Assembly: GCA_963770895.1 (NCBI GenBank)
Contig: CAVYRF010000001.1
Location: 1,408,001 to 1,472,000, forward strand
DNA length: 64,000 bases
From: an uncultured Acidobacteriota bacterium
GTDB lineage: Bacteria > Acidobacteriota > Thermoanaerobaculia > Multivoradales > UBA5704
Direction: 5' to 3'
Made by a program: the position numbers and the translations under genes
Part shown: positions 62,622-64,000 of the stretch, piece by piece
Position numbering within the stretch: position 1 is the stretch's first letter
Layout of the letters: every line of letters begins with the position of its first letter
The notes under the pieces: model-generated
What the model saw: the letters and a program-made list of their open reading frames with translations, nothing else
What the model was told of the DNA's origin: nothing
Database searches by the model: none

Positions 62622-63913
62622 CGCCGCTCCATCGCGACGGTCCGCCGATGCTCCTGGATACGTTTCATGGGCGCCTGCGCCTGGTGGGCGTGGTGACGAC
62701 GCAGACGGCGTTGCACATCGGCGCCGGCGGCAGCGGCGAGCCGTTGGGCACGGACGCACCCGTCGTGCGCACGGCGGGTGGGGCGCCGTACATCCCAGGT
62801 TCGAGTCTGAAAGGGGTGCTGCGGAGCGCCGCCGAGGCGCTGTTCCGCGGCGGCGCGCCGGCCGAGGACGCTGCGGGCGCTGCGGCTCGGCGCCTCTGGA
62901 CCTGCAATCCGGTCGCCGGCATCGATGACGCCTGCGTCACCCATGCGGCGGCAAAGCAGATCCGCGAGCGGCTTGCGGCGGAGGCGAAAGACAGGGGGCA
63001 GGAGCTGGACAGCAGGGGGGTTGCGGAGGAGGTGTGGGCAAAGAGCTGCACGGTCTGCCGGCTCTTCGGTTCGCTGGCGCTCGCGAGCCGCGTGCGGTTC
63101 GCGGATCTGCCGGTGCGTGGCGAGGCGCCGCTTTTCGAGCTGCGCAACGGCGTCGCCATCGACCGCGACAAGGAGCTGGCGGCGGACAAGGCGCTGTACG
63201 ACTTCGAGGCCGTGCCGCCCGAAACCGCCTTCGATCTGCGGGTCACCGTCGACAACCCGACCGACCCGGAGGTCGGCCTCCTCCTCTACCTGTTCAGCGA
63301 GCTGGACCTGGGCAACCTGACCCTGGGGGGCAAGACCAGCCGCGGGCTGGGCCAGGTGCGCGTGCGCTGGGAGGCGATCGAGGAGACCACGCTGGCCAGG
63401 GACAATCCGTTCGCGAGCCTGCTGTCGAGCCGGGACCTGCTGGCGCCGGCGGCGGACGCCGGGGGTGGCACCGGAGACGGCGCCGGCGCTGCCGCCACGG
63501 CGGCGCCGGGCGGCGCCGCGCAGCTGCCGGCGACCGGCGATCGGGAAACCTGGCAGCAGCTGGTGGCGCTGCTGCGCGAGCTGCCGACGGTGGACAAAGG
63601 CCTGCTGGGCGAGCGCGCCGCCAAGCTCCGCCTGAGCAAGAAGGAGATCAACCAGAAGCTCGCGCTCGGGCTCGCAGACAAGGCTGATCGCCGCGCCTGG
63701 GACGTGGCGCTCGAGCAGCTGGCCGGCAGCGGCTTCCTGCTCGGTGTTGCGGGCGCCTACCGCCTGGCCGAGCGCGAGGGCACGACGGGCGGCGCGGCGG
63801 CCGGCACCGGGGAGGACTCGCCGGCAGGGGCCGCGCCCCGCACGCGCGCCCTGCAGGAGGTCCTCGACCGCTACGTCGGCGCCATGGCGCGGGTATGGGA
63901 GGAGGCACGCTGA
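62618..63913 (+). CDS. cas7: Cas7-family RAMP (Csx7/Csm3-like) with C-terminal extension
   Basis: LHIGAG, TDAP, YIPGSSLKG.LRS, CTVCRLFGS, RNGVAIDRD, GGKTSRGLG. Confidence 0.9.
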   Translation: MTPLHRDGPPMLLDTFHGRLRLVGVVTTQTALHIGAGGSGEPLGTDAPVVRTAGGAPYIPGSSLKGVLRSAAEALFRGGAPAEDAAGAAARRLWTCNPVAGIDDACVTHAAAKQIRERLAAEAKDRGQELDSRGVAEEVWAKSCTVCRLFGSLALASRVRFADLPVRGEAPLFELRNGVAIDRDKELAADKALYDFEAVPPETAFDLRVTVDNPTDPEVGLLLYLFSELDLGNLTLGGKTSRGLGQVRVRWEAIEETTLARDNPFASLLSSRDLLAPAADAGGGTGDGAGAAATAAPGGAAQLPATGDRETWQQLVALLRELPTVDKGLLGERAAKLRLSKKEINQKLALGLADKADRRAWDVALEQLAGSGFLLGVAGAYRLAEREGTTGGAAAGTGEDSPAGAAPRTRALQEVLDRYVGAMARVWEEAR

Positions 63914-64000
63914 TGTTTGCCCAGCAGCTCAACCAGATCCGTGTCGACCTGTCGGTCACGCCGCGCGGCCCGCTGCTCGTGCGCAGCGGCCGGAAGGGCG
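63913..64000 (+). CDS. Start of the next RAMP, truncated by the window edge
   Basis: MFAQQLNQIRVDLSVTPRGPLLVRSG. Confidence 0.65.
   Translation, partial: MFAQQLNQIRVDLSVTPRGPLLVRSGRKG

Overview
GC-rich bacterial window, most likely Acidobacteria (inferred from the ADOP-type permease). From 1 to 20.7 kb it is chromosomal: uvrB-uvrC, an orphan Cys-rich RiPP-like precursor, an ADOP permease, molybdenum-related genes and topoisomerase IB. It also holds a glycosyltransferase cluster resembling the eukaryotic lipid-linked N-glycan pathway: ALG1-like, ALG2-like, two ALG11-like GTs, a MurG/ALG13-14-like GT, a PglK-like ABC flippase and a GT-C-like membrane protein. tRNA-Thr(CGT) at 20684 is the integration site of a ~10.5 kb satellite-like element, with a 50-bp att duplication, arm repeats, integrase, HigBA, a Xis-like HTH, DUF3631 and defence-like cargo, part of it between 78-bp inverted repeats. 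A probable second island follows. It carries a large CRISPR locus: three arrays (18, 12 and 29 repeats, each with its own repeat variant), a stand-alone RT (YADN) plus cas1-cas2, cas6, two divergent type III-D-like operons with HD-less GGDD Cas10s, a 2TM-CARF effector, a 2TM-partial CARF-subtilase chimera, an IS701 element and several duplication scars. All family assignments come from motif recognition by eye; no searches were run. Two single-base frameshifts in homopolymer runs suggest residual sequencing error.
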